DNA of 64,000 nt from a virus: IMG/VR virus record IMGVR_UViG_3300009163_000019; one strand, given 5' to 3'. A program made the translations under genes and the position numbers. Of the stretch, positions 1 through 9,447 are shown piece by piece. Under the pieces are notes generated by a model. The model was given only the letters and a program-made list of their open reading frames with translations, had not been told where the DNA came from and ran no database searches. Within the stretch, counting starts at the first letter, position 1; every line of letters begins with the position of its first letter.

Positions 1-2
1 GA

Positions 3-647
3 GGAAGAAGCATTCATTTGACTAAATCATTAGATGAAAAGAAAGAAGACCTTGGTGGTTGGGATGGTAATAAAAAGTATAATCAATATAATGGTCAATA
101 TGATGATGAATTTGGGCCTGCTATTGCCAACGAAAATGTAGAACAAGAAGGATTTGATCGTATGATGGGTCTTATAGATCAATCAGTTGTATCTAAACTT
201 CCACTTCTAAAAAAGGCTGTAGATAAAGCTAGATCTAAAGGACTAAGTGATGATGCTATATTCAATATGCTATCTAGTAATTCTTTAGTTAGTAAATCAA
301 TCGGTGATTTAATTGATGATGGATTTGATTCTCAAGATATTGTAGATTTTTTCGCTACTGATTTTAATATGATGGAAGAAGGCGAAGGTGAATATATAAG
401 TGCAAAAAACTTTGATTATATGTCGGATGATCAATTAGATGCCGCCGAAGCATCAGGAGATCTTAAACCAAGTACAGATTCGATTGGTCCAAATGAAGAT
501 GTGGATACAGATGTTGATAAAATGAAAGTGTGGGGAGTATATCATAGCATACTAGAATTTTTGAGAGATAAAATAAGTACTGATAAATTAAATCAGAGTG
601 AGGTTGATCAATTAAGAACAAAGTTAGAAGACTTCTTTAAACGATAA
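3..647 (+). CDS. Acidic hypothetical protein, 5'-truncated by the window; probable capsid-internal protein
   Basis: The frame is open from position 3. The protein is very acidic, with LDE/NEN/MEE segments like those in the 33-52 kb proteins, and is followed by a terminator. Confidence 0.6.
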   Translation, partial: GRSIHLTKSLDEKKEDLGGWDGNKKYNQYNGQYDDEFGPAIANENVEQEGFDRMMGLIDQSVVSKLPLLKKAVDKARSKGLSDDAIFNMLSSNSLVSKSIGDLIDDGFDSQDIVDFFATDFNMMEEGEGEYISAKNFDYMSDDQLDAAEASGDLKPSTDSIGPNEDVDTDVDKMKVWGVYHSILEFLRDKISTDKLNQSEVDQLRTKLEDFFKR

Positions 648-688
648 GATATTTAAAAATACTAAAAACCCTTGCAACCCATATATTA

Positions 689-714
689 AGGCCCTACTAG
701 TTAGGGCTTTTTTA
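689..714 (+). terminator. Rho-independent terminator
   Basis: GCCCTA-CTAGT-TAGGGC followed by a T run, downstream of the 3..647 CDS. Confidence 0.85.
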
Positions 715-726
715 TTATATGAGCAC

Positions 727-750
727 AAAAAAGCCAGCAAAAGCTGGCCT
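727..750 (-). terminator. Rho-independent terminator closing the leftward block
   Basis: The minus strand reads GCCAGC-TTTT-GCTGGC-TTTTTT, just after the holin stop codon. Confidence 0.85.
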
Positions 751-782
751 CTTATTAATATAAAATTAATAAAGAATTAAAA

Positions 783-950
783 CTAAGCGGCTTTCTTTTT
801 AGACGCTACTGACCATGCAGCTCCTGCAAGAGTCATTATGCCTCCTAGGATTTCTTGAAATAACGCATCGTCAACTAGGCCTTTTGCAACGATAATACCG
901 CCAACAAAAGTTAATGCATGTCTAATTAGACCTAAAGTTTGATCTTTCAT
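783..950 (-). CDS. Small two-TM putative holin (55 aa; not in the ORF track)
   Basis: Manual translation MKDQTLGLIRHALTFVGGIIVAKGLVDDALFQEILGGIMTLAGAAWSVASKKKAA gives two hydrophobic helices and a basic tail, with the 'GLIRHALT..GG' pattern of small phage holins. The late motif lies upstream at 992-999. Confidence 0.7.
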   Translation of the reverse strand: MKDQTLGLIRHALTFVGGIIVAKGLVDDALFQEILGGIMTLAGAAWSVASKKKAA

Positions 951-1007
951 ATTATTTTTTTTAGTTAAAAATATGTACCCTTGGTACTATAATAAATATC
1001 TTGATTT

Positions 1008-1460
1008 CTATTCTAAGTCTTTTCTATAGAATCTTCCTTGTATATTATCATTATATGAATCTATACGAAGCACATCTAATTTCATTTGCCAGTAAACTTC
1101 CCAATAAGTAAGTTGTTTTTTAGAAAAACAGAGTTGTAAGATCTCTCTAGTAAATATTTCATTACCTAATTCTTTTCTTTCTAAATTTAGAGTCTTATTA
1201 CTTCCATAATAACTTAGCCAATCGCTTTCTTTTACCACTTTCTTTTTACGTGGGACGCGCCCAGGTTTGATCCAGGCCTCGATTTCCTTTTTGGTTAGTA
1301 TTTTATTATTATTGTTATATAAGACCTTTCTACCTATGTAGAATCGATTTGTAATAATGTTTGTGACCTTATATATAAAACCGACTGTATTCTCTGGAAA
1401 GTCTTCTACTTTGGTAAACTCTCTGTAGCTTCCTAAATTATCATGATGTAACCACTTCAT
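1008..1460 (-). CDS. GIY-YIG-like endonuclease
   Basis: GFIYKVTN...FYIGRK, later YYGS, F.REIL and YN.NI, as in T4-like phage GIY-YIG proteins. Confidence 0.75.
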   Translation of the reverse strand: MKWLHHDNLGSYREFTKVEDFPENTVGFIYKVTNIITNRFYIGRKVLYNNNNKILTKKEIEAWIKPGRVPRKKKVVKESDWLSYYGSNKTLNLERKELGNEIFTREILQLCFSKKQLTYWEVYWQMKLDVLRIDSYNDNIQGRFYRKDLE

Positions 1461-1469
1461 AAATCTTTA

Positions 1470-1772
1470 TTAACTATCCCATCTGATAACAAAAGTCATA
1501 TCTGTATTTTGTGGGATAGGATATGGCCTAGATAATTTTCCTACTATTAATAATTCATCTTGTGCATTATATAAGCCAACAGTAGTTGTATAAGGATGAA
1601 AATCAGATCCTGTTACTGCGTCTATATAAGATCCTGAGCTGCCTGCTTTATTTGCACTAGGATTTAAAGTATAGTTAAAATCATTTTCATTTATTTGGCA
1701 TCTTACTTCATTTTGATAAATGGTAGATTCAGCTACAAAAGATAGTGTATATGGTACTGGTGGGAATGGCAT
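1470..1772 (-). CDS. Baseplate/tail structural protein, C-terminal half of an apparently split gene
   Basis: Aligns by eye with the C-terminal ~95 aa of 14704..15735 (FNYTLNPS / YNYTTNPS; TTVGLYNAQDELLIVGKLSRP / TSVGMYNDNNELVAVAKLSKP). Confidence 0.7.
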   Translation of the reverse strand: MPFPPVPYTLSFVAESTIYQNEVRCQINENDFNYTLNPSANKAGSSGSYIDAVTGSDFHPYTTTVGLYNAQDELLIVGKLSRPYPIPQNTDMTFVIRWDS

Positions 1773-1779
1773 ACTGTAT

Positions 1780-1787
1780 ATAAATAT
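1780..1787 (-). promoter_or_regulatory. Class-L (late) promoter-like motif ATATTTAT, representative - strand copy
   Basis: Separated by 7 bp from the ATG of 1470..1772. Confidence 0.6.
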
Positions 1788-4267
1788 TAGTTTTCCCTTC
1801 TTTCTTCAGGAGTATAGTGGGCTATTCTATTATGATTTACAGGACTAGCTAATAAAACAGCAGGTTTTAAATTTTCTTTTTTAGTTTCTTGAAACATATA
1901 ACTCATCCAAGTCTGTTCATAAGGACGAGCCCATGTAGTATCTAAAAACATTTTTTGGTTTCCTTTCTTTCCTGCAATAGTTGGCCAGTTGCAATAGTAA
2001 ATATCCCCTGTAATATAACTAAGACCATCTACAACTTCTATTTTATCAAATTTAGTTTTAGGAGAATTTGGATCAAGACCTGTTGTTGGTAGTTCATTAT
2101 ATTCAGGCCAAAATTCATTTCTTATTTGTTGTGGAACATTATACCAAGATACTTGAATATTATTATCCATATAAACTTCTGTATACGATAATTTTAAAAA
2201 ATCAATATCAGAAGAATCTATAATTTTTAATACTTTATCATATAGATCTGAAATATATGTTCTGAAACCGTTTCTACAAATTCCATTAACAGGTTCGTGT
2301 ATTCCCATATCGTCTTCTAAAAAGATATAATAATCACTATCTGATTCTTGAAAGTGTTGTGCGGCTCTAAATCTACCTCCATTAATACCAGTATTTTCAT
2401 TTGTTATGATGTGTTCAAAATTATACTTTTTACAAATTTCTGCATTAGCTAATCTAGCTTCATCATTAGTAGAATTATCTATTAAAATATTTCTAGTATT
2501 TGTTATCCATTTAGGATGTTTAAGCCAGGTATTTATTGTATGTTCTACTTGATGAGGAAAATTAAATGTCAACATGTAAAGCGACATTTTTAATTTAGAA
2601 GGATCAGTATTTTTTTTAATAAACCGAATTTTTTCCTCTGGTACGGGTTCTAACTCTACAGTATCATTTAATAGAGCTTGTATAAATTTAACTATTAATC
2701 CATTATCATCTAATGCATATCTTCTATATGTTTGAGGTTCTAAGTAAGACATTACGGTAAACAGACTTTCTTCTGTACCCATATAGCCTTCACTAATAGA
2801 TCTATCTAATAAAGAATAGTACATCGCATTAGCCTCATTTATAACTTCTTTTCTACCTCCAAATAATCCGCCTCTACAGACATATTCTACTTTTTTAGCA
2901 GCATAACGATTAATTGCTTGAAAATCAAATCCATGAATTTCATCAGCAGCCTGATAAGGATAAGTTAAAAATAAAAATGAATCTAAATGTGGAATTATTT
3001 TATCTAATGCTCTATTATCTGAAAAAAACTTTTCATATACTGTATTAGTAATTCCTGCATCTAACCAAATAAAATATTTAGTATCAAATGGATTCCATAT
3101 AGTAACATCATTTAATAAAAACATTTTTGATTGTACTATAGGATTATACCATTCTAAAACAGCTTGAGGACTTTGCTTAAGCCAACCGCCTTCCCCGGTT
3201 TTATTATACCAATCTGGATTAGTTCTTATTGATTGGGTTTTATCCCAAAAAGGTGCATATATATTTTTTACATCTTCTAATTCATATATTTTTACAGTAG
3301 TATTTTTTTTGTCTCTAATTTCCCAAATTAAATGTTCATATTTACTTTCTATGTAAATAAACATATTAACAGGAATTTCTAAAAATTTTTTAAAATGCTC
3401 TATGTAATGATCAAAATCCCTAACAGGTCTTCCTATATTCCACAAACCCGTAACTACAGTTAAGTCTTTATTATTTACCTCTATTTTAGAACGATTTTCT
3501 GTTAAATATTTTAATAACTGCTGAGATTCTTCTGTAGATAGTGTTTTTGTTTTTTCTATAATATCTGATAATTTTGATTCTTTATTTTTATCGCTACCTT
3601 TAATTTCATCCCAAATATTTTTATCTACAGCATCAATATCTTGCCCAATTTCAATTACATAGCCATTATCAATTAATTTTTGTTTAGTTAATTCTTTTTC
3701 TTCATCTGTTAAATTTATATATTCTAAACGAATAAACTTAGGTTTATATTTATTAAAATCTAATTGTTTTAAAATATTCCAATCATATCCTTCAACATCA
3801 CATATTAAAATATCAAATTTTTCAATATTATGTTTATTCATTAAAGAGTTTAAAGTTAATGTAGGAACTTTTATATCTATTCCAAAATTCTTTTTTACAT
3901 CTATATCTCTTTGATAATCTGTTCCAAAACCGTTTTTTAGTGGATATAAAGCACTCATACCTTTATAACCCGGATGTAGATTTTCTTTTTCTATTGCTAT
4001 TTTTGGAATAGTTAACATTTCTACTTCGCCATCTATTTCTGTAATAGCACATTGTTCAAATGCATAATTTTCCCTATCTCTAAAGTTATATTTTAATTCA
4101 GTAAATATTTCTGGAATTGGTTCTACTAATAACGCAGGCCATCTATACATGTCTAGAAAACCTCTTGTATCATCAAAATTTATTCCATCCATGGCTCCTA
4201 TTTGAACTACAAATGTATCTTTATGATTTTTACCTATATGATGTAAAGTTTTTGATATTATATCCAT
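1787..4267 (-). CDS. Three-domain glycan enzyme: FkbM-type methyltransferase + HtrL/YibB-like glycosyltransferase + GT-A (GT2-like) domain
   Basis: N-terminal: VVQIGAMDG, LVEP, DVEGYD. Middle: TVVTGLWNIGR, WLDAG, GGLFGG, GTEE. C-terminal: ILIDNS, FLEDD. Confidence 0.75.
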   Translation of the reverse strand: MDIISKTLHHIGKNHKDTFVVQIGAMDGINFDDTRGFLDMYRWPALLVEPIPEIFTELKYNFRDRENYAFEQCAITEIDGEVEMLTIPKIAIEKENLHPGYKGMSALYPLKNGFGTDYQRDIDVKKNFGIDIKVPTLTLNSLMNKHNIEKFDILICDVEGYDWNILKQLDFNKYKPKFIRLEYINLTDEEKELTKQKLIDNGYVIEIGQDIDAVDKNIWDEIKGSDKNKESKLSDIIEKTKTLSTEESQQLLKYLTENRSKIEVNNKDLTVVTGLWNIGRPVRDFDHYIEHFKKFLEIPVNMFIYIESKYEHLIWEIRDKKNTTVKIYELEDVKNIYAPFWDKTQSIRTNPDWYNKTGEGGWLKQSPQAVLEWYNPIVQSKMFLLNDVTIWNPFDTKYFIWLDAGITNTVYEKFFSDNRALDKIIPHLDSFLFLTYPYQAADEIHGFDFQAINRYAAKKVEYVCRGGLFGGRKEVINEANAMYYSLLDRSISEGYMGTEESLFTVMSYLEPQTYRRYALDDNGLIVKFIQALLNDTVELEPVPEEKIRFIKKNTDPSKLKMSLYMLTFNFPHQVEHTINTWLKHPKWITNTRNILIDNSTNDEARLANAEICKKYNFEHIITNENTGINGGRFRAAQHFQESDSDYYIFLEDDMGIHEPVNGICRNGFRTYISDLYDKVLKIIDSSDIDFLKLSYTEVYMDNNIQVSWYNVPQQIRNEFWPEYNELPTTGLDPNSPKTKFDKIEVVDGLSYITGDIYYCNWPTIAGKKGNQKMFLDTTWARPYEQTWMSYMFQETKKENLKPAVLLASPVNHNRIAHYTPEERREN

Positions 4268-4268
4268 A

Positions 4269-5882
4269 TTATTTTGTTATGTAATAATTTTCTATTACTA
4301 GTCCGTCTAATTGTGTATTATTTAATATTTCAAATGCGTCTTTTATTGAAGAAAGTATAGGTTTACCATCTACATTAAATGATGTATTTAGTAGTACGCC
4401 TATACCGGTTTCTTCTTCAAATTTTGTTATTAAATTATATAACCATTCATTTTGTTCTTTTGTTACTGTTTGTACTCTAGCAGTACCATCAACATGTGTT
4501 ATTGATGGTAATTTATCTTTCCATTCCTCTTTTACTTTTGGACAAAAACTCATCCATCTAGATTCTTTATTCCATTCAAAATATTTATTTACATCTTCTA
4601 ATCTAACTACAGGAGCAAATGGTCTATACCACTCTCTATGTTTTACTTTTTCATTTAATATAGATTTCATTTCAGGAATAGTCGGATTACAAATAATACT
4701 TCTATTTCCTAAAGCTCTCGGTCCATGTTCTGATCTTCCTCTTGCAACACCGATTATTTTTCCATTAATAAGATCTTTAACTAAATCCTCTTCTTTTAGA
4801 TTATGAGAAGTAAAAAATATCTTATTATTTTGAATATAATCAGGTAATAAATCTAAGTCAAGTAAATTTGTACCAGAATAAGTACTATCAAAAGGTTTTT
4901 CAGGTTTTAAATTATCTAATATCATACCTAAACCTATTCCACAATCATTAGGATCAGGTCCAACAAATACTTCTTTATTAAATTCATTAACTAATCTGGT
5001 ATTTAATAAAATATTTAATCCACAACCTCCTGCTAAACATATTGGATATTCTTTATATTTTTCCATTTGAGGAATAGCAACTTCTAAAAAACAATCTTCA
5101 AAAGCTTTTTGAGATGTTGCAGCAATATCGTATGCTAATTGTCCTGTTAATCTATCAGTTATAGAAAATTCTACTCCTATAATATCACCTAAAACTTTTA
5201 TTTTATCAAAATAATTTCCTCCATTAGGATCACTCTTATAAAAATTTATAAAGTGTGGAAGCCACTCTTCATTTATTTTTCCATAAGATGATAGTCCCAT
5301 TATTTTTCCTGAATAAACTAAATTACCCATTCCTAAATCTTCAAATCTAATATCATTTAAGTAATGAGCAAATATCATATAAGGAAATCCTAAATCATAT
5401 CCGATATAATGAAGATTTAAAATTGGATTAATTACGCTTTGAATTTGCTCAGGAGATTTTCCTCTTTCACAAGTATAAACATTAAATTTTCCATCGTTTC
5501 CTCCACCATCAAAAGAAAATATTAGTGCTTTTTCAAAAGGAGATTGATAAAAAGATCCTGCGGCATGAGATAAATGATGTTTACATTCTATATAATTTTT
5601 TGCGGGTATAAATTTATGTAAATAATAAAGTTCATGTATAACTATATCAGTGTTTATATAATAGCAATTATCAAATTCTTCAATATTATATTTATTCATT
5701 ATCCATTTAGGAATATATTCGGCTAAAAATACTATGTCTAAAACTTTTGGACAATAATATTGAGCTAATCCAGAATTTTTATAATTTAAAAATCTTTCAA
5801 CTTCTAAAACTAATTCTATTTTGCCGTCTATTTCTAAAACATACGACGCATTATGAGAACCATAAAAAGATATATTTACCAT
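4269..5882 (-). CDS. O-carbamoyltransferase (NodU/CmcH/TobZ family)
   Basis: HHLSHAA, DGGG, GKIMGLSSYG, GGCGLN, EHGPRALGNRS, KHREWYRPFAP, HVDGTARVQTV, NTSFN. Confidence 0.93.
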   Translation of the reverse strand: MVNISFYGSHNASYVLEIDGKIELVLEVERFLNYKNSGLAQYYCPKVLDIVFLAEYIPKWIMNKYNIEEFDNCYYINTDIVIHELYYLHKFIPAKNYIECKHHLSHAAGSFYQSPFEKALIFSFDGGGNDGKFNVYTCERGKSPEQIQSVINPILNLHYIGYDLGFPYMIFAHYLNDIRFEDLGMGNLVYSGKIMGLSSYGKINEEWLPHFINFYKSDPNGGNYFDKIKVLGDIIGVEFSITDRLTGQLAYDIAATSQKAFEDCFLEVAIPQMEKYKEYPICLAGGCGLNILLNTRLVNEFNKEVFVGPDPNDCGIGLGMILDNLKPEKPFDSTYSGTNLLDLDLLPDYIQNNKIFFTSHNLKEEDLVKDLINGKIIGVARGRSEHGPRALGNRSIICNPTIPEMKSILNEKVKHREWYRPFAPVVRLEDVNKYFEWNKESRWMSFCPKVKEEWKDKLPSITHVDGTARVQTVTKEQNEWLYNLITKFEEETGIGVLLNTSFNVDGKPILSSIKDAFEILNNTQLDGLVIENYYITK

Positions 5883-6871
5883 TATTTTATGTGTAATAAT
5901 TTTAAACCGTGTGATAACCTATTTTCAGGACTACAATAATCTAAATAATATTGTCTTGCATTTTTAGCTATATAATTTAAAAACTCTGCGTCTTCTTTAA
6001 CTTCTAAAAATCTATCTATATAAGCTTTTATATAATTTTCTCCACCTAATCTATCTAAGCCATTATTATAAGGTAAATTATATTTAGCTCTATCTATTGC
6101 AATATAATGATAATTTGGTATTAATGGAGGATTTAATTGAGTCATATATTCAACTCTTAAAAATGGAACACCTATTGCCATATATTCCATTTCTCTATAT
6201 GAGTATTCCGCAGTAGTTCCAATTGCTAATCCTATTTTATGTTTTATTAATTCCTCAAAGTATGTTCCCATTCTTTTTGGCGTTAAGTCTTTATTCAAAT
6301 ATCCTAATTCTGATAATTTAACAGGATCAAATCTTTGAGTAGTATATAGCATGAATAGCTTATCTTCTAAATCAGAACTTGGAATATTTTTTCTTTTGGT
6401 ATATATATCCTCTAAATTAATTCTATCTGGATTTATTATATCATTTGTAGAATTATCTTGGACAGGATAAAAAACTGTTTGAGAAACTGTAAAATTATAA
6501 TCGGATAGATTCATATTGTCTTTACCTGTTTCTATAACTTTATTAAACCAATTATAAAATTGAGTTATTAATAATAAATCATTTTTATTATTTCTTTTAA
6601 CAAATACATCTTCCCAAATTTTAGTATAATGTTCACTATAACTTATTCCTTTTAATATATCATTTTCTTTATCATATATTAATAATTCACAGTCTGCCAT
6701 TTCATAATCAAATTCTTCAATATACATTGTAATACCTCCTGGACCTGGATAATTAGTTTTTCTTATGACTTCTGCACCATATTCTTTTTTGTAATATTCT
6801 ACAATTTCTTTAAATAATCCTTGCCAACTACTATATGCATAGCTAACATTTTCAAAATAATAAATTACCAT
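5882..6871 (-). CDS. Putative GT-B-type glycosyltransferase
   Basis: C-terminal 'SYREMEYMAIGVP...LIPNYHYI...IAKNARQYY' resembles phage GT-B C-terminal domains; it lies inside the glycan cluster. Confidence 0.55.
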   Translation of the reverse strand: MVIYYFENVSYAYSSWQGLFKEIVEYYKKEYGAEVIRKTNYPGPGGITMYIEEFDYEMADCELLIYDKENDILKGISYSEHYTKIWEDVFVKRNNKNDLLLITQFYNWFNKVIETGKDNMNLSDYNFTVSQTVFYPVQDNSTNDIINPDRINLEDIYTKRKNIPSSDLEDKLFMLYTTQRFDPVKLSELGYLNKDLTPKRMGTYFEELIKHKIGLAIGTTAEYSYREMEYMAIGVPFLRVEYMTQLNPPLIPNYHYIAIDRAKYNLPYNNGLDRLGGENYIKAYIDRFLEVKEDAEFLNYIAKNARQYYLDYCSPENRLSHGLKLLHIK

Positions 6872-6887
6872 AAATTATATATTAAAT

Positions 6888-8156
6888 TTAAATTGTGTGT
6901 TCTACTCTTTCTGCCCAACCAATTTCTTTACTATAACCCCAATAAACTACTCTAGTTGGTGTTTTATCAGTTAAAAAATACTCTTCATAGTGAATATTTT
7001 TTCCTTCCTCAATAAACTGCCTCAATTCTTCCCCGGTTATAAATTTATTATTTATTGAATTACCATTTGTATCATCAAATGCTACTAGTATATATTCATA
7101 ATCATTTCTTAAAAAATCTTTACGTTCTACTGTAACTAAGTAATAAAATGACTTATTAAAACTATATTCCCATAAATCATTATCATTAATAAGAGGATTA
7201 GGTGGATAATGATTATCTAAAGAGTATTGCTGAACAGACATTTTTTTAAAATTAAATCCAGCATATTTTTCATAATCTCTTAAAGATCTAACTGTTCCTA
7301 AATCATAGCCTGTTAAATCTATATTAGGATCTTCTTCTGTTCCTAATAAAACCCGTATTTTTTTTCTAGCTAATTCTTGTTTATTCCACCAATCTACTCC
7401 TAATTTTGCATCGTCATCCCACTTTAACATTCCTGATCTCTCTTCACGCATAGTTGAATGCCAAACAACTAATCTATGTGGATGAAATAAATCATATCCG
7501 TGAGTATATGATCTTACTGTTAAGTTTAATTCTTCACCTGAAAAATATATATCTGGATCGTGTCTTATTTCTTTTGCCCACTCTGATCTTGCAAAACAAA
7601 AGTGTCCTGATAAAAATCTACTCATCGGAGGTTCTGTCATATCTTGCCAGCCAGTAAGTAATCCAGGTCTTATGAATATTGTTCCATGTGGATAGAAACA
7701 TACAAATTGTTGTTGCCAGGGCTCCATTGTGCGGCCACCAGGATCATTAAAAGGTGTATACAATGGTAGATAGGCAGCTAATATAGGTTTATAACCACGA
7801 GCCTCTAAACCACTATGCATATCTATTAGAGTTTCATCCCAATCTTTAGCAAATCTATGATGTGAATCTAATTGACAAACATAGTCTTCATCTGTTAATA
7901 ATTTCTCATTTATAATAGATCTAGCCCAAGGAAGTCCTTGAGCCTCATTATATAAACATTCATAGATTTTAAAACGTTTATCATTTTTAAATTCTGATAA
8001 ATCGTCGAATCCATCTTCTGGATGATATTGTCTGCAGATACCAAAGTGTATTCTTTTTGGGTGTTTTGCATTTAATAAAGCATCTTTAATAGTAGGAATT
8101 AATTCAGGATCTCTGTAAGCTGGTAAATGTACCAGTATTGTTTTTTTATTATTCAT
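6888..8156 (-). CDS. GT60-like polypeptide/hydroxyproline GlcNAc transferase, paralog 2
   Basis: AYRDPEL..T, QLDSHHRF..DWD, FLSGHFCF, HDPDIYFSGEE...VRSYTHGYDLFHP. Confidence 0.82.
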   Translation of the reverse strand: MNNKKTILVHLPAYRDPELIPTIKDALLNAKHPKRIHFGICRQYHPEDGFDDLSEFKNDKRFKIYECLYNEAQGLPWARSIINEKLLTDEDYVCQLDSHHRFAKDWDETLIDMHSGLEARGYKPILAAYLPLYTPFNDPGGRTMEPWQQQFVCFYPHGTIFIRPGLLTGWQDMTEPPMSRFLSGHFCFARSEWAKEIRHDPDIYFSGEELNLTVRSYTHGYDLFHPHRLVVWHSTMREERSGMLKWDDDAKLGVDWWNKQELARKKIRVLLGTEEDPNIDLTGYDLGTVRSLRDYEKYAGFNFKKMSVQQYSLDNHYPPNPLINDNDLWEYSFNKSFYYLVTVERKDFLRNDYEYILVAFDDTNGNSINNKFITGEELRQFIEEGKNIHYEEYFLTDKTPTRVVYWGYSKEIGWAERVEHTI

Positions 8157-9405
8157 ATTCTATAACTTGTTCAATTCTTTCCATCCAACCTTTTGATTTT
8201 GTGTGAGGCCAAACTCTCCAAGAATGCGCTTTTCGATTATCTTCATACTCTCTCCAAATATGAATAAATTGATCATTACTGTCTTGATTAATTAATCCAC
8301 GTATTTCATTTTCATCACAATCTCTTCTATATAAATCATTTCCATCTTCGTCTAAAAATGCAACTGCAAATTGATCATAATCAGATTCTATAAGTGATCC
8401 CTTATAAATATCAATACAATGTTTTATCTTACTCGCTAACCCAGACTCATAATCCCCTTTAATTGGAGGAAAATCATTATTAAGAGTTTCTTTGTGTATC
8501 TGTCTTGTAGAAAATTTTAATCCGGCATATCTTTCATAAGCATCTAAAGTTTCAATATAACCAAAATAATTCGGAGCTAAAGCTCTTCTAGTGCAAGAAG
8601 AACAACCAGGATCCATTCCCATTAATTTTCTATATCTTGCATAAGATGCATCATCTCTTTCTTTCCAATCATTAGAATCATCCCAATGTTTTTTCTTTCC
8701 TTCTCTTGTATATTCATGCCATATAACAGGCCTATGTGGAGAAAATAAATTATATCCAAAAGTAAAAGCTCTAGCAGCTAAAGAACTTTCTTCTCCATGA
8801 AAATATAATTCAGGATCATAAGGAACTTCTATTGGAAATGAACCTAATGTAAAAATAAAATGAGCAGATATAAATCTTGCAGGAAAAGGTTCTTTATGAT
8901 CTTGCCAATTTGGAATATGGTGAGGAGCTAAAAATATAGCTCCCGCAGGCATGAATCTATCTATATTTAAACCCCACACTTCATGAACTCTTGCATTCGG
9001 ATCATTATTAGGAAAATATCCAGGTACATAAGCAGATAATAAAGGTTTTTTATATCCTTTACATTGTAAATAGTGTATATAATCTTTTAAAGTTATATCC
9101 CAGTCTTGTAAAAATCTATGATGTGAATCTAATTGTAAATAATATTCCTGATCTGTATAATGTTTTTGAATTTCTGCACGCATCCAACAAACACCTTTAG
9201 CTTCTTTATATGGAATATCTAAAATAATAAATCTAGAATCATTTTTATATTCATCTAGATTATCCCAAGTATCTTCTTCTGAATGTTGCCAACCAATACA
9301 AATAGTAAAATTTTCTGGATTAACACAATTAGTTAATAAATCTTTTATAGTAGGAAGTAATTCTGGATCTCTATAAGCTGCTATCGAAACAAAAATTCTT
9401 GACAT
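8149..9405 (-). CDS. GT60-like polypeptide/hydroxyproline GlcNAc transferase, paralog 1 (start likely ATG 9405, MSRIFVSIAAYRD)
   Basis: IFVSIAAYRDPEL, LQLDSHHRF..WD, FISAHFIF, VPYDPELYFHGEE..LAARAFTFG, WHEY.R. Confidence 0.85.
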   Translation of the reverse strand: MSRIFVSIAAYRDPELLPTIKDLLTNCVNPENFTICIGWQHSEEDTWDNLDEYKNDSRFIILDIPYKEAKGVCWMRAEIQKHYTDQEYYLQLDSHHRFLQDWDITLKDYIHYLQCKGYKKPLLSAYVPGYFPNNDPNARVHEVWGLNIDRFMPAGAIFLAPHHIPNWQDHKEPFPARFISAHFIFTLGSFPIEVPYDPELYFHGEESSLAARAFTFGYNLFSPHRPVIWHEYTREGKKKHWDDSNDWKERDDASYARYRKLMGMDPGCSSCTRRALAPNYFGYIETLDAYERYAGLKFSTRQIHKETLNNDFPPIKGDYESGLASKIKHCIDIYKGSLIESDYDQFAVAFLDEDGNDLYRRDCDENEIRGLINQDSNDQFIHIWREYEDNRKAHSWRVWPHTKSKGWMERIEQVIEYE

Positions 9406-9410
9406 AACGT

Positions 9411-9447
9411 AAATATACAAAATTTATTTGATATAAAAAAATTTATT
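9411..9447 (-). promoter_or_regulatory. Class-E (early/middle-type) promoter-like element
   Basis: The minus strand reads AATAAATTTTTTTATATCAAATAAATTTTGTATATTT, nearly identical to the elements at 31238-31273 and 41625-41660. Confidence 0.65.

Noticed and set aside
1008-1460. Intron-encoded homing endonuclease or mobile element
   Set aside because: It is free-standing and short, has no DNA-binding extension, and has no flanking intron structure.
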